Positions 39,384 through 51,761 of a stretch of 64,000 bases of DNA are shown here, piece after piece. Every line of letters begins with the position of its first letter. The stretch's first letter is position 1. Source of the stretch: Methanobacteriota archaeon (GTDB lineage: Archaea > Methanobacteriota > Methanobacteria > Methanobacteriales > Methanobacteriaceae); NCBI GenBank assembly GCA_963787255.1, contig CAWBCJ010000018.1:32001-96000 (forward strand). Direction: 5' to 3'. Both the position numbers and the translations under genes were made by a program. The notes below the pieces were generated by a model. That model was given only the letters and a program-made list of their open reading frames with translations, ran no database searches and was not told the origin of the DNA.

Positions 39384-40445
39384 TTATCTAACACTATACC
39401 TTAATAGCCCTGCTATTCCACCTAAAGCTCCAAGTTGCTTCCCGCCTTCATGTTCACTGCTTACAACCATCACTTTACCTCCTGTATTTTCTACAAGGTT
39501 CATGATTTTTTCTATTTCTTCCTTGCGGACCATATTATCTAGTACAAGTAAATTTTCCACGGCACCGGCATTGGAAGCATTTTCTACATCTGATTTCCCA
39601 TAAGCCACCATATTAGAAGACTTTCCAATTTCTTCTAAAACTTTATTCATTAGCCTCATTTCTTGAGCAATACGACCCTCTGCAGCCATCTGTTCGATTG
39701 TGCCTTTTTTTAACACTTCCTGTATTCCCACACGCCCTCCGGTCCCTGTATTTTCTACACCTGATATTTTAGCTAATTTGGGGTATTTTTCAGCTAAAAA
39801 ATCGTAAAAGTCACCTTTAGTAAATCCAGGGCCTGCAATAACGATACCTTGAATGTCTTCAAAAGTCTGGAGTGTTTTTGCTACTTCATTATAGAAATTG
39901 GTTATATTTTTACCTCTATCCTTTTGTATATTCATTTTTCCAGATATTCCACCTATAATGGGCCCATAATAGTCTATTCCATACTGTTTTATAATTCCTA
40001 AATCGGCCACATCGTCTTCAATGGCTACAATAATTGCTGAAGGTTTTTTAGAAGAATCTACAGCAGTTTTAAGCCTTTTAATTGCCCATCTTGACCATTT
40101 TTCCTTTGTTATTTTCACTGGAATTTTAAGCTTTAAATCAATGGTGTGGTGAGTTCCTAGGGGAACTAGATCCTCAGGACCTTTTTCTATTATCCCTGTT
40201 GCCCTTAGTTTACCTGTGTATTTATGAAAGCTTATGCTTTCCACTCTGATTCCCATAAAAAATGTTTTTTTTATACCTCGATCACTTCTAAGCCGTTCTC
40301 CCGTTGAATCCTGTATTCTACGGGTTGTTCTGGATGATACTAAATCTCCAGGTTCGATTATATGTGATAAATGCCATAAATCGTCCAGAGTTTCTGGAAC
40401 AAGTTCAATGAGTCCTCTTTTAGTATCTTGATGAGCAATGCGCAT
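39384..40445 (-). CDS. pelA: mRNA surveillance protein Pelota
   Basis: PETLDDLWHL, AGPGF, GGIAGLLRY. Confidence 0.95.
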   Translation of the reverse strand: MRIAHQDTKRGLIELVPETLDDLWHLSHIIEPGDLVSSRTTRRIQDSTGERLRSDRGIKKTFFMGIRVESISFHKYTGKLRATGIIEKGPEDLVPLGTHHTIDLKLKIPVKITKEKWSRWAIKRLKTAVDSSKKPSAIIVAIEDDVADLGIIKQYGIDYYGPIIGGISGKMNIQKDRGKNITNFYNEVAKTLQTFEDIQGIVIAGPGFTKGDFYDFLAEKYPKLAKISGVENTGTGGRVGIQEVLKKGTIEQMAAEGRIAQEMRLMNKVLEEIGKSSNMVAYGKSDVENASNAGAVENLLVLDNMVRKEEIEKIMNLVENTGGKVMVVSSEHEGGKQLGALGGIAGLLRYSVR

Positions 40446-40799
40446 TTAATACACCATTTTAATCTTTAAATCTAATATTTTATCAATTTATTCAAAACTT
40501 TAGCGAATTATAAAAATCAATTTATTATTCTTTTCTATATTAAATAGCAATTAAATAATTTATTATTTTATTATATTAAATTGCAGAACATTTTCAATAG
40601 TATTATTTCTAGTTATTCAAAGTCAGCTTTGCTTATACATTTTGACTTGTTTATCCTCATGTATTCTTTTTCATTCATTGTTGTTTCAAAACTCTGTAAA
40701 TTAAAACAATGGAAAGAGAAAAAATATTATTTAGTTTATTAATATGATATTATATTGAGGGATTGTAAATAAATAGGGAAAGAAACAGAGATTTTTTAT

Positions 40800-42104
40800 A
40801 TGAAAATTGCAGTAATTGGTGGAACGCGAGGATTAGGCAAGTGGATTGCTAAGTTTCTAAGAAATAGAAATTTTGATGTTATTATAACTGGAAGGGATGA
40901 AATAACTGGAGAAAAAGTATCGAAAAAACTGGGGGTTAAATACACTTCTAGTAATATGGATGCAGTTTCTAGTGTAGATATTGTTATTTTATCTGTTCCA
41001 ATAAGTGCATTATTTAAGGTAATTCCTGAAATCAGTCCTTTTTTGAAAAAAGGCACGCTTTTAATGGATGTTACATCTGTTAAGGAAAAACCTTCCCAAA
41101 TAATGCAGAAATATGCTCCAGAAGGCGTTGAAGTTATTCCCGCACATCCGCTATTTGGGCCTAGAATCAGATCTCTTGATGGTCAGGTTGTGGTTTTAAC
41201 TCCTAAGATAGAAGGTAAATGGTTTGAAAAGGTTTATAAATTTCTTGAAAATGAAAATGCACGGTTAATTGTTACATCTCCTCAAAATCACGATAAAATG
41301 ATGAGTGTTGTCCAGGGACTTACTCATTTTGCATATATTGGAATAGCGGCAACTATTGAAAGGCTTGATATTGACATAAAAGAATCCAGAAAATTTGCAA
41401 GTCCCGTTTATGGGTTAATGGTAGATATGATTGCCCGTATAGTTGCTCAAAATCCTTATTTGTATTATTCCATCCAGACCGAAAATAGGTACATTAAAGA
41501 AACTCATGAAACTTTCATTTCAGTTTACAGAGAGCTGAATGATATGATTTTAAATAAAGATCAGGAAGGGTTTGTGCATCTTATGGGGTCTGCTGCTAAG
41601 CATCTGGATGACCTAGAGGCAGCTCTTGGAAGGTCTGATAAGGCAATATCGTCTTTAAGTGAAGAGATTAGAACGCTTAAAAATTCCATTGGTAAAGAAG
41701 TTGGTTTAAGACATATTTACTCTGGAAAAGTTCATGTTGGGATTTTAGAGGAATTATCTCCTGATTTTATCACATTGAATCAGAATAAAAAGAAAACTGT
41801 TCTTAAATGGTCTAATGTGGAAGTTTTGAATGATGCTGAACTATGTAAATGGAAAATTGAAAAATATCCGCGAAAATCATATGATGTTTCAGCGGTATTT
41901 CCAGAAAAATGTAATCCTGATATAATTGTGGCTACTTTAGAGAATTTGGATGACGTAGTTGAAGTTTCTTTAGTTGATATTTATCAGGGAAGCCAGATTC
42001 CTGATGGGAAAATAAGTATAACTTTGAAATACGAAGTTATAAATTCTGAAGCTAGGTTTAGCGTTGAGAACCTTTTAAAAGGTTTTGGTGCTTCAATACG
42101 TTAA
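40800..42104 (+). CDS. tyrA: Prephenate dehydrogenase with C-terminal extension
   Basis: IGGTRGLG, DVTSVK, HPLFGP, HDKMMSVVQGLTH. Confidence 0.9.
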   Translation: MKIAVIGGTRGLGKWIAKFLRNRNFDVIITGRDEITGEKVSKKLGVKYTSSNMDAVSSVDIVILSVPISALFKVIPEISPFLKKGTLLMDVTSVKEKPSQIMQKYAPEGVEVIPAHPLFGPRIRSLDGQVVVLTPKIEGKWFEKVYKFLENENARLIVTSPQNHDKMMSVVQGLTHFAYIGIAATIERLDIDIKESRKFASPVYGLMVDMIARIVAQNPYLYYSIQTENRYIKETHETFISVYRELNDMILNKDQEGFVHLMGSAAKHLDDLEAALGRSDKAISSLSEEIRTLKNSIGKEVGLRHIYSGKVHVGILEELSPDFITLNQNKKKTVLKWSNVEVLNDAELCKWKIEKYPRKSYDVSAVFPEKCNPDIIVATLENLDDVVEVSLVDIYQGSQIPDGKISITLKYEVINSEARFSVENLLKGFGASIR

Positions 42105-42270
42105 ATATTTTATTTTATATTTTTTCTTTTATTTTTTTTTGGAATTTAATGAATTTAGAAAACCTTAATTAGTTTTATTTATAAAAATAAAGAGTAGTAA
42201 CTTAAATTAGTTTAGTATGAAATAATACAAAAAACCATAATCTTTATATATAATGATCTACAATTTATTA

Positions 42271-42289
42271 TAGTAACTCAAGTTTACTA
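42271..42289. promoter_or_regulatory. Inverted-repeat operator upstream of cdc48 (heat-shock repressor-type)
   Basis: TAGTAA-CTCAAGT-TTACTA about 20 bp downstream of TTTATATA (42243). Confidence 0.55.
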
Positions 42290-42360
42290 AAACATTATTC
42301 ATGTTTAAAATTACTTTTAACTAAAATAAATCATTCTAATAAAATATAACGAGGGTTAAC

Positions 42361-44541
42361 ATGACTGATAAAGAAATGAAATTAAAAGTTGCAGAGGCAT
42401 TCTCACAATCAGACGTGGGAAGGTCAATAGCAAGAATAGACCCAGCTTGCATGCAAAAATTAGATCTCCTTGATGGAGACATAATAGAAATAGAAGGAAA
42501 AAAGTTAACTGCAGCGACAGTCGTATCATCTCAATCTGACATAGGTTTAGGCATTATAAGGATTGATGGATACATGCGAAAGAACGCAGGCGCTTCAATA
42601 GGTGAAGAAGTCACAGTAAGACACGCAGATGCAAAAGAAGCACAAAAAGTAGTCTTAGCACCAGTTGATCAACAAATAATGATTCAAGGAGATGTAAGGG
42701 GCGCATTTGCAGGTAGAGTACTTTCTAAAGGAGATATACTCATATCTGGATTTAGGCAATCTACACCTGCAGTGAGAAGCAGCTTATTCGACGAATTCTT
42801 CAGAGATGTTGCACCAATGGGAGAACTTAAACTTGCAGTAGTCTCAACAAAGCCAGCAGGAATAGTAAAAGTCACTCAAATGACTAATGTTGAAGTTCAA
42901 CAAGAACCTGTGGACGTATCCAAGTTAGAAGGCGTAAAAACCTTTGTAGATGTAACATATGAGGATATAGGCGGTCTTAAAGAAGAAGTTAAAAAAGTAA
43001 GGGAAATGATAGAAATCCCGCTTAAAAGACCAGAACTCTTTGAAAGACTTGGAATTTCACCACCTAAAGGTGTATTAATGCATGGACCACCAGGAACAGG
43101 TAAAACATTACTTGCAAAGGCAGTAGCAAACGAAAGCGATGCTTATTTCATAACCATAAATGGCCCTGAAATTATGAGCAAGTATGTAGGTGGCTCTGAA
43201 GAAAGACTCAGAGAAATATTCGAAGAAGCTGAAGAAAACGCACCTTCAATAGTATTCATAGATGAAATTGATGCTATTGCACCTAAACGTGAGGAAGTAA
43301 CTGGAGAAGTAGAAAGAAGAACAGTAGCACAGCTTCTAACACTCATGGACGGTCTTAAATCCAGAGGACAAGTCATGGTCATTGGTGCAACCAATAGAGT
43401 AGATGCACTGGATCAGGCAATTAGAAGGCCAGGAAGATTTGACAGAGAAATCGAAATAGGTGTCCCTGATAAAGACGGAAGAAAAGAAGTACTTCAAATT
43501 CACACCAGAGGAATGCCATTAGAAGAAGATGTTGATCTAGACGAAATCGCAGACGTTACACACGGATTTGTAGGTGCTGACATTGAATCTTTAGCTAAAG
43601 AAGCTGCAATGAGAGTCTTAAGAAGAGTACTTCCAGAAATAAAGGCAGATGAAGAAATCCCAAAAGAAGTTCTTCAAAAAATAATTGTCAAAAAATCCGA
43701 CTTCAAAGAGGCTTTAAAGGAAATTCAGCCATCAGCACTTCGTGAAGTGCTTGTACAAGTTCCAGACATTAGATGGGAAGATATTGGTGGTCTTGAAAAA
43801 GCAAAACAGGAGTTAATGGAAGCTGTAGAATGGCCGCTTAAATATCCTGAACACTTTGAAAAATTCGGAGTAACTCCACCTAAAGGAGTTCTTATTTACG
43901 GCCCGCCAGGAACAGGTAAAACATTACTTGCAAAGGCTGTTGCAAACGAAAGTGACTCAAACTTCATTGCAATAAAAGGCCCAGAACTTTTATCAAAATG
44001 GGTTGGAGAATCTGAAAAAGGTGTAAGAGAAATATTCAGGAAAGCAAGGCAAACTGCACCAACAGTAATCTTTTTCGACGAAATAGACTCCATCGCATCT
44101 ACAAGAGGTGGAAGTAGTGACTCAGGAGTTACTCAAAGAGTAGTAAACCAGCTTCTAACTGAAATTGATGGAATGGAAGAACTTCAAGACGTTGCCGTAA
44201 TTGCAGCAACAAACAGAGTTGATATAATTGATCCAGCATTACTCCGGCCTGGAAGATTTGACAGACATGTCAAAGTAGACGATCCAAGCGAAGAAGCAAG
44301 ACTGGAAATATTCAAGGTTCACACCAAGAAAATGCCGCTTGCAGATGATGTTGACTTAAAATATCTTGCTAAAAACACAGCAGGCTATGTAGGCGCTGAT
44401 ATTGAGGCGGTATGCCGTGAAGCAGTCATGCTGACACTAAGAGATAAAATAGATGCTGATAATGTTGTCATGAAATATTTCAAGAAAGCAATGAAAAAAG
44501 TTAAAACAGAAGAAAAAGTTGATTTAGTCCAGTATCACTAA
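42361..44541 (+). CDS. cdc48: CDC48/VCP family AAA+ ATPase
   Basis: Two AAA modules ([18 protein letters not shown]) and an N domain. Confidence 0.95.
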   Translation: MTDKEMKLKVAEAFSQSDVGRSIARIDPACMQKLDLLDGDIIEIEGKKLTAATVVSSQSDIGLGIIRIDGYMRKNAGASIGEEVTVRHADAKEAQKVVLAPVDQQIMIQGDVRGAFAGRVLSKGDILISGFRQSTPAVRSSLFDEFFRDVAPMGELKLAVVSTKPAGIVKVTQMTNVEVQQEPVDVSKLEGVKTFVDVTYEDIGGLKEEVKKVREMIEIPLKRPELFERLGISPPKGVLMHGPPGTGKTLLAKAVANESDAYFITINGPEIMSKYVGGSEERLREIFEEAEENAPSIVFIDEIDAIAPKREEVTGEVERRTVAQLLTLMDGLKSRGQVMVIGATNRVDALDQAIRRPGRFDREIEIGVPDKDGRKEVLQIHTRGMPLEEDVDLDEIADVTHGFVGADIESLAKEAAMRVLRRVLPEIKADEEIPKEVLQKIIVKKSDFKEALKEIQPSALREVLVQVPDIRWEDIGGLEKAKQELMEAVEWPLKYPEHFEKFGVTPPKGVLIYGPPGTGKTLLAKAVANESDSNFIAIKGPELLSKWVGESEKGVREIFRKARQTAPTVIFFDEIDSIASTRGGSSDSGVTQRVVNQLLTEIDGMEELQDVAVIAATNRVDIIDPALLRPGRFDRHVKVDDPSEEARLEIFKVHTKKMPLADDVDLKYLAKNTAGYVGADIEAVCREAVMLTLRDKIDADNVVMKYFKKAMKKVKTEEKVDLVQYH

Positions 44542-44662
44542 ATTAAACCTGGAAGTTATATAAATTAGCTTCCATCTATATTTTATTTTTTTAGACTATC
44601 TTTTTTTAATTTATAATTTTTCTATAAAAAATAATTATGAATATATTATATTAAGCCCTAAA

Positions 44663-45115
44663 CTATTCTCCTTTACTCACTTTGGTGTATTTTGGAAGTG
44701 AATAAGTTTCTAGAGCTTCATTTTGAATGTATTTTTCAAGATCTTCAATTTGTTTGAGGTAATCATCTACCATTTCAGTAATTTCTTTATATGGAATTAG
44801 GCTTTTTTTACGTTCAAATATCAATTTTTTCCTTTTTTCGGTGGGAGTAAGCTTCTTTTCAAGACTAAACAAACCTAATATTTTAGGCTTTTCGATTATT
44901 GACTCGTCAAGATACATAGTTCTAATAGTTCTCATATCTTTAGTGATTTCACGCCTTAAACTTTGAACGTCACTTTTTAGACGATTTATTTTAACCAGTG
45001 AAGACCTGGCCTCAAAATCAGTTGATAAATTTAATTCTGAATCATCCAGATACATCTCCTGAAATATTTCATAATATTCTTCAGGATTTCTAATTATATC
45101 CGCACCATTTTCCAT
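44663..45115 (-). CDS. Hypothetical helical protein, paralog of 59820..60224
   Basis: Shared DMRTIR..Y and PY..I..M.DDYL.QI motifs. Confidence 0.7.
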   Translation of the reverse strand: MENGADIIRNPEEYYEIFQEMYLDDSELNLSTDFEARSSLVKINRLKSDVQSLRREITKDMRTIRTMYLDESIIEKPKILGLFSLEKKLTPTEKRKKLIFERKKSLIPYKEITEMVDDYLKQIEDLEKYIQNEALETYSLPKYTKVSKGE

Positions 45116-45448
45116 ATTTAAAAATTAATAAAGCATTGTATATATAGATTGCTGGTTTTGACAGTTATTTAATAATTTAAGGGCTCAAATTAGTAATAAA
45201 ACCTTTAATAAGATATCACTGCTAAAATTAACGATTTAATATTTGGGAATCTACTTATAAAAAATGGGGAATACCATTCTTAATTTTTTTTTTGCTTATT
45301 TTCAATAAATTTACAGTAATTTAAATTTCAAAATAAATTGTATAAAAATAATGGATAATTTTAAATTAAATGTAAAGTTATATAAAATAAAAGAATTCTA
45401 AATAATGAACTACTTTTTAAATTGTTTAAATTTAATTCAGGTGAAATA

Positions 45449-46699
45449 ATGAGTAATGTAAAAGATATGTCACTTGCACCAGAAGGCAAAAAGAAAATAG
45501 AATGGGTAAAAAGACATATGCCCGTATTGGAACATATTAAAGCAGAATTTGAAAAAGAAAAGCCTTTTAAAGGGATAACTATTGGTTCATGCTTACATCT
45601 TGAACCAAAAACAATCAATTTAGGATTAACACTTCTAGCAGGTGGTGCAGAGGTAGCAATGACCGGATGCAACCCTTTATCTACCCAAGATGATGCTACA
45701 GCAGCAGGAGCATCAATGGGGCTTAATATGTACGGATGGAGAGAAGAAACTACAGAAGAATATTATGAAACCATCCACAAAGTACTGGATCACAAGCCAG
45801 ATATTTTAATTGATGACGGCGCGGACATGATATTTTTAGTGCACAAAGAACGACCTGAACTCATAGAAAACATCATAGGCGCATGCGAAGAGACAACAAC
45901 AGGAATTCACAGACTAAAAGCAATGGCAGAAGATAAAGCATTAAAATTCCCTGTAATAGCAGTTAACGATGCTTATACTAAATACTTATTTGATAACAGA
46001 TATGGAACAGGTCAATCAACTTTTGATTCAATAATGGGTTCAACAAATGTCTTAATTGCAGGTAAAGTAGTTGTTGTTTGTGGATACGGCTGGTGTGGCC
46101 GTGGAATAGCTATGAGGGCAGATGGACTTGGTGCAAATGTTATCGTAACTGAAATTGACCCAATAAGGGCATTGGAAGCAAAAATGGATGGATACAGAGT
46201 CATGAAAGCTGAAGAAGCGGTTAAACATGCAGACATGGTTATTACCGTTACTGGAGATATCGATATCATTACCGAAAAACATCTTAAAGTCATGAAAGAT
46301 GGATGTATACTTGCAAATTCAGGCCATTTCAATGTGGAGATTAACAGAGGAGATCTCGAAAAAATGTCTGTTAAGCAGGAACAGATTAAAGCAGACATTG
46401 AAGGCTTTGTAATGGAAGATGGAAGAACATTTTACTTACTTGCTGACGGAAGGCTTGTTAATTTAGCTGGAGAGCGAGGGCAGGGCCATCCAGCGGAAAT
46501 AATGGACATGAGCTTTTCGGTTCAGGCTTTATCTGCCAAAGATCTTTTGGGAACTAAATTGGATAATAAAGTTTACAAAGTTTCTGATGAAATCGATGAT
46601 AGAGTCGCTAGACTTAAATTAAAAGCAATGGATATCCAAATTGACGAATTAACTCCAAGGCAAACTGAATACATTAATAACTGGGAAGAAGGAACTTAA
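45449..46699 (+). CDS. ahcY: Adenosylhomocysteinase
   Basis: [46 protein letters not shown]. Confidence 0.97.
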   Translation: MSNVKDMSLAPEGKKKIEWVKRHMPVLEHIKAEFEKEKPFKGITIGSCLHLEPKTINLGLTLLAGGAEVAMTGCNPLSTQDDATAAGASMGLNMYGWREETTEEYYETIHKVLDHKPDILIDDGADMIFLVHKERPELIENIIGACEETTTGIHRLKAMAEDKALKFPVIAVNDAYTKYLFDNRYGTGQSTFDSIMGSTNVLIAGKVVVVCGYGWCGRGIAMRADGLGANVIVTEIDPIRALEAKMDGYRVMKAEEAVKHADMVITVTGDIDIITEKHLKVMKDGCILANSGHFNVEINRGDLEKMSVKQEQIKADIEGFVMEDGRTFYLLADGRLVNLAGERGQGHPAEIMDMSFSVQALSAKDLLGTKLDNKVYKVSDEIDDRVARLKLKAMDIQIDELTPRQTEYINNWEEGT

Positions 46700-46733
46700 T
46701 CTTCTCCCCAAAACCTATATTTTTTGATCCTAA

Positions 46734-47345
46734 ATGACTTATTTTAAAGAAATTAAAAAGGGAGATATGCCAGTACGCCTTTTTGTGGGTGGTGTGCATG
46801 GTAAAGAAGGGCTTACAACCATAAAAGCTCTTTCTAAAATCTGTGATGAAGACGTTAAAGATGGTGTTCTTACAATTTATAATTTTGATGATAGTCCTTA
46901 TATTAGCACCCTTGATAGGCATTACTACACATCCCGTAGGGGTAGAGAGATTGTATCGATAATTAGGGATTTAAAACCTGAAATGTATGTGGAATTGCAT
47001 TGTTATAACTCAAACAGTTTCGAAAAATTAACAGATTTAAATAGAAAGGAACGTACGGGAGTTCCGCCCTTGATACATCTTGAAGAAAAAGTTTTAATAG
47101 GCTCAATATCGCCTTATATCCGAACCTCTCTTTTTGATGAATGGGATGTTTGTATAACACTTGAAATTCCATGTAAACCATCAAAAAAATCTATGGATGT
47201 TTATTTAAAAGTAATAAAGGCTGTTGCAAGTTCAAAGGATAAATATGAATTGCTGGATAAATTGAGGGCTGATTATCCTGAACAAATTGAAACTGCGGCG
47301 AGATATGCTATTGAGCTATACTGGGATGGTTATCCTCCATTATAA
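46734..47345 (+). CDS. DUF2119-like protein (zinc peptidase-like)
   Basis: LFVGGVHGKEG and YVELHCY motifs. Confidence 0.7.
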   Translation: MTYFKEIKKGDMPVRLFVGGVHGKEGLTTIKALSKICDEDVKDGVLTIYNFDDSPYISTLDRHYYTSRRGREIVSIIRDLKPEMYVELHCYNSNSFEKLTDLNRKERTGVPPLIHLEEKVLIGSISPYIRTSLFDEWDVCITLEIPCKPSKKSMDVYLKVIKAVASSKDKYELLDKLRADYPEQIETAARYAIELYWDGYPPL

Positions 47346-47349
47346 AAAA

Positions 47350-47460
47350 AACCACCGCTTAAAATTCATATCCTGCAAAAACATTTTTTTTGCGGTTATG
47401 AAAACTTATTTCAAAAAACATCAAGTTTTGAGAGATTTTTCTTTTCCTCATGCGGAAAAA
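47350..47460. repeat. Degenerate multi-hairpin intergenic repeat
   Basis: TGCAAAAAC-ATT-TTTTTGC hairpin resembling the 51631 arm; ACCGC...GCGGT. Confidence 0.4.
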
Positions 47461-47520
47461 GATAAATCTAATTATTTATTTCATTAATTTGATTGGAAAA
47501 TGGAATAAGTATTGAAATTA

Positions 47521-47796
47521 TCAATATGAACTTATTCTTTGTATATTCAAATTATGAACATGGATTATATGTAAATGGTTTCTCATGCGATTTAATTTAC
47601 GTAATGCGGGCCGTAAATCTATTCGAATAACTTTCTCCCATCCCCATATCTTTTCTTTTCCTTCCTTTATCCTTTGCACGATTTCCATTATCTCTGCAGG
47701 TTCTAGATGATGCCAGTAGGATTTATCATATCTAAGTTTAGCTATAATATCCCACCAATTTACTACGTTTGTCATATGTACCGCCTCCGAAATCAT
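47521..47796 (-). CDS. Hypothetical protein
   Basis: 91-aa ORF; GGAGG before internal ATG (MTNVVNWW). Confidence 0.5.
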   Translation of the reverse strand: MISEAVHMTNVVNWWDIIAKLRYDKSYWHHLEPAEIMEIVQRIKEGKEKIWGWEKVIRIDLRPALRKLNRMRNHLHIIHVHNLNIQRISSY

Positions 47797-48354
47797 AGAT
47801 AAAAAATAATTGCAATCACTGTTAAATTAATAGTACAAAGGTATAAAAATATATTAATATTGTTGTAATCAAGAATATAATATATTATTAAGTCTAAAAT
47901 CCCTAATAAAGTTTTCTATATGTTTATAATACTATATTACTTAATTATTATCATTATTATCCTTTAAAAAGTAAAATTCATATTATAATTAAAAATTCTT
48001 TTTATAACATAACAATTAATTTCTTATCTAAACATCTTAGTTTCAAAAACGGCTTATCTCCCCATTCTAGTCTTTTTTGCGTATTTCTCATTCCTGTTTA
48101 CTTAATCAGATTTCTAGAAATGTTTTTGCCTTATTTTAAAGGTTGAAATTACAGGCTAAAATAAGCTTTATTTGAAAAAAAACAGTTAAAAAAAATATCA
48201 AAAAAAGTGTCAACTTACTATAATACAAGTCCGTTAGCAATAAAATTCTTTTTAAGATTAGATTAAGAAACTTCTTAAAATCGCAATTAACGAAATTAAA
48301 AAGTTAGGCTTAATCTTTAAAAACTAAAAATAAGGATTCTTTTTAAGTGTTTCA

Positions 48355-48630
48355 TTATTTATTAAGCTGTATTTCAATGGCTGAAACATTACTGTTTGAT
48401 CCTTCCCTATTTGATACTTCTTCTGTACTGATATTTATTGTTCCAAGTTCTACATCTAATAAAAACTTGTTTCTTACAATTTCTGCTACATCAACAGCTC
48501 TGCTTATGGCTCTTCCTCTGGCTTTTAACATTACTTCAGTTGTTCCGCTGTTCATTTGTGTTACAACAGCTAATACGTAATTCATTACTGGTTTAGTTCC
48601 AATGTATACTACATTTTCTTCTGACATCAT
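48355..48630 (-). CDS. albA: DNA/RNA-binding protein Alba
   Basis: [33 protein letters not shown]. Confidence 0.96.
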   Translation of the reverse strand: MMSEENVVYIGTKPVMNYVLAVVTQMNSGTTEVMLKARGRAISRAVDVAEIVRNKFLLDVELGTINISTEEVSNREGSNSNVSAIEIQLNK

Positions 48631-48841
48631 TTTTTACCTCCATAGAAACACATTATATATTATATTTGCATATACGTAGCATATACTACTATGCATTAAG
48701 TTAAAAAAGCTGTAGATGTTAAAATATATGACTACCAATAGCAATTTTTAATTAAATTCTTTTAAATCCGCCGCTTGAAAATCTCTGATTTTAGGCTTTG
48801 AAGGAAACCAAGCTTACAAATCATCAAACACTTTTTTATAT

Positions 48842-49147
48842 TTATAACCTTTTATCAGGAATTCTTTGATGATCAGAAGCACCCTTTCCAGGCTTTGTAT
48901 CATCAACATACTTTTCAGGCGATCTTTTAGACCCTCTATCTACTGGCGGCTTAATAAGTCCACGCTCCAAGACATAGCCTTTCTGTAGCAATTCATTTAC
49001 AACTTCCTTAAAATCTACCCTTGATAAATCTGGAAATTCACGTTTTAAGATATTATATAATCTTCTTTCAAGATAAACACCATTATGCTCTTTTAAAATG
49101 TCATCGGCTCTCGTTACTATCCTCGATAGCTTATCATTATCAGTCAT
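48842..49147 (-). CDS. Hypothetical protein (winged-helix-like N-terminal part)
   Basis: GGAG RBS; 101 aa; helical pattern ending LLQKGYVLERG. Confidence 0.6.
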   Translation of the reverse strand: MTDNDKLSRIVTRADDILKEHNGVYLERRLYNILKREFPDLSRVDFKEVVNELLQKGYVLERGLIKPPVDRGSKRSPEKYVDDTKPGKGASDHQRIPDKRL

Positions 49148-49239
49148 ATTATTATCTCCTATAATATCCTCTAATTTGAGGATTTTAAATTAATCATCAT
49201 TCAATTTTATTATATATTTTCTAAATAATGTAAATTCCC

Positions 49240-49375
49240 CACAACCACTCAAAAATCAAAGCATGCAAAAACTTCAAAAATCTCTCAAAATTCTACAAAT
49301 TTTGTGGCAGAGAATCGAAGCTTACGAAACTAAAATTTCGTGCTCAGAAATCTACGATTTCTAGAGTTTCTCATG
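49240..49375. repeat. Multi-hairpin (REP/MITE-like) intergenic element
   Basis: AAAATCAAAGCATGCAAAAACTTC identical to 51619-51642; hairpins ACGAAA..TTTCGT and AGAAATC-TAC-GATTTCT. Confidence 0.7.
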
Positions 49376-49447
49376 CATTAAAATTATTACATTTTAGGGA
49401 GATTCAACATTTTATTTTACACTAGAAATTAAAAACGAAAATGAAAA

Positions 49448-50285
49448 TTAACCTAATGAATAATTCTCAATATACCAATCAATAAGTTCACTGGCAATAC
49501 TCATATTAGACGGTATTCGTGGAATTTCATCAGGACTGAACCATTTTGCATCTGTTATTTCATTCCCGTCAACCTGTATCATGCCGCTTTCATAATCAGC
49601 TGTAAAACCAATCATTAACGAATGGGGAAACGGCCAGGGTTGACTGCCGAAATATTTTATATTTTTAACTTTCAAGCCCACTTCTTCCTCTGTTTCTCTT
49701 TCTACAGCTTCCTCAAGTGTTTCTCCGGCTTCTACAAATCCGGCGATAAGACTGTACCTATTATAACCGTATGAGTGTTTGGCCATCAATATTTCACCGT
49801 CTTTTATAATTGCAGTTATTACAGCTGGTGAGAGGCGGGTGAAACTCATAAATCCGCATTCTGGACAGATTTTGGCAATTTCACGTTTCTTGTTCTCGGT
49901 TGGAGCGCCGCATTTACCGCAGAACTGATGATTTTTATCAAAGTTTATAATCTGAATGGCGCGGCCAGCTAATAAATATATATCTTCATCTAGTGTGTCG
50001 TAGAGTATTTTTATGTCTTCAAAATAGTAACCTTCAGGTGCAGGGGTTTCAGGCGCAACTTCTGCAGTGTAGCATGGATGGCCTTCAAGTGTGCCTAAAT
50101 ATTGTGTTCTTATTGGTGAAATAGAGAATTCATTTAGATTTTCGGTGAAAGGGAGTTTTAGATTGTTTTTAGGGTTTATGAGTAATTTGTCAGAGTTGAA
50201 AATGAACCAGTAGGCAGGACCGTTGTTTTCTTGGGTCAGGTGTGACTGGAGGTTTGTATCTTTTGTAGATGCTTTCTCGTTTCAT
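49448..50285 (-). CDS. nudC: NADH pyrophosphatase (one frameshift near 50235)
   Basis: HQFCGKCG...CPECG zinc finger upstream in frame; AGFVEAGETLEEAVERETEEE Nudix box; SQPWPFPHSLM. Confidence 0.9.
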
Positions 50286-50639
50286 GACTAATAGGTAATT
50301 TGGACTTTGGATAAATAATTATTCTTAAAAAAAGTTTATTGACAATAGTTGTGGAATGATTTTATGGTAAATATTTTATACAATATCGAAATAGGGCATC
50401 GTTCAATATTTGTAGCCCATCAGTTCATAGACCAATAAACTTTAATTAGCTTTTGAGCGAAGTAGGATTTAAACCATGGATTTCCATGTCAAAGAAGTTC
50501 TTTAATTACATTTATGACGAGGTAAAATATTATTGGAGGGGCTTTTAGGACATATTCATTCAGGAAAAAGCAGTAGATAATTGAGTTCTTTTGGCATAAT
50601 CCTCAAAATTAGAATTATCTATTTCAAATTATTTCAAAT

Positions 50640-51376
50640 TTTAATTGGATATCAATACAATTGCTGTAAGTAGCTTTCAAAGACTTTTTTAAATTATTTG
50701 ATTATTAATGGGATATGAAAATCGAAAAGGCAAATCTCTTGAAAATGAAAATGCTGTGCCCCCTGGATGAAATTTTAGAATCGGGTAATTTAGCTATATT
50801 CTTTTTAATTTAAACCAATAACTTCAACATAATATCCTACATATTGTTGTTGATCCATTTCTATTGAAATTCCCCTTAATCGAGCTTGTTCATGCTTAAT
50901 TTTATTTACTATTTTTCCAATGAACGTGCGATAGTCTTCAGTATTTTTCACGAAATATTCTATTCCTGGGTGTTTAAAACGATTTAACCATGAATAATGG
51001 TATTTTTCGAGGTTTTTTAATTGTTTTGGGGGAATATTTTTGACTTCAGGATATGGAGAAGTAACTTTAAGTATTGATAACAATCATCAAAATGGGAATG
51101 TAATGAATCAAGAATTTCTTTCTGCTCTTCTAATAATTCAAGAAAATCAGAAGTTGGAAATTCACTAAAACTGTCATGTTTTTCATGTAAGTCTAGAACT
51201 TTAGTAAACGCTTTAATAATTCTAGATAATGATTCATTGTAAATTGCAAGAGGATGACCCTTTCTATAATCCATATTATGCAATGTATCATCAAGTAAAT
51301 GATGTAATAAGTTATAAACTTCAGGTGCAACGTTTCCATCACAATTAATGCTTCTTTTTATGATCATTAATTCCAT
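50640..51376 (-). pseudogene. Fragmented hypothetical gene
   Basis: Overlapping ORFs 51017..51376 and 50805..51083, plus a further out-of-frame continuation (FHPGGTAFSFSRDL). Confidence 0.5.
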
Positions 51377-51591
51377 TTAGATTCTTTCTTTAATATATAG
51401 TTAGTATACAAGATTAGAGATAATAGAGCAGAAAATTAGTAAAAATAATAGATTTGATTCTTCCACTTGTTATAACCATCTTTTTCACCGATTAAATATG
51501 GCTGCTATTTTAGAATTTTTACTTTCCCATCAAATTCAAGACTTCTTGTATCTCAATGCTTCTTCAGAATCTGGATTTAAATCTAAACCAT

Positions 51592-51690
51592 TCAAAAATC
51601 TTCGATTTTTGATGCCCCAAAATCAAAGCATGCAAAAACTTCGTTTTTGCTGCGTGAAAATTGAAAATTTTCACAGATTTTGTTGGCATT
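51592..51690. repeat. Multi-hairpin (REP/MITE-like) intergenic element
   Basis: TCAAAAATC-TTC-GATTTTTGA; GCAAAAAC-TTC-GTTTTTGC; GTGAAAATT-GAA-AATTTTCAC nested within TGCC..CAAAATC/GATTTTG..GGCA. Confidence 0.8.
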
Positions 51691-51761
51691 ATCAAAACAT
51701 TCTAAAGCTTCACCATATCGCCCAAGTCTCTGATGAGCTTTCCCTTTCTCAAACCATATTA

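Noticed and set aside
7363-50285. Frameshifts in trpB, trpC, the lpd-like gene, the PAS gene and nudC as real pseudogenes or programmed recoding
   Set aside because: Each is a single extra base in an otherwise intact gene, often next to a short homopolymer, with no shared slippery motif; most consistent with long-read assembly error
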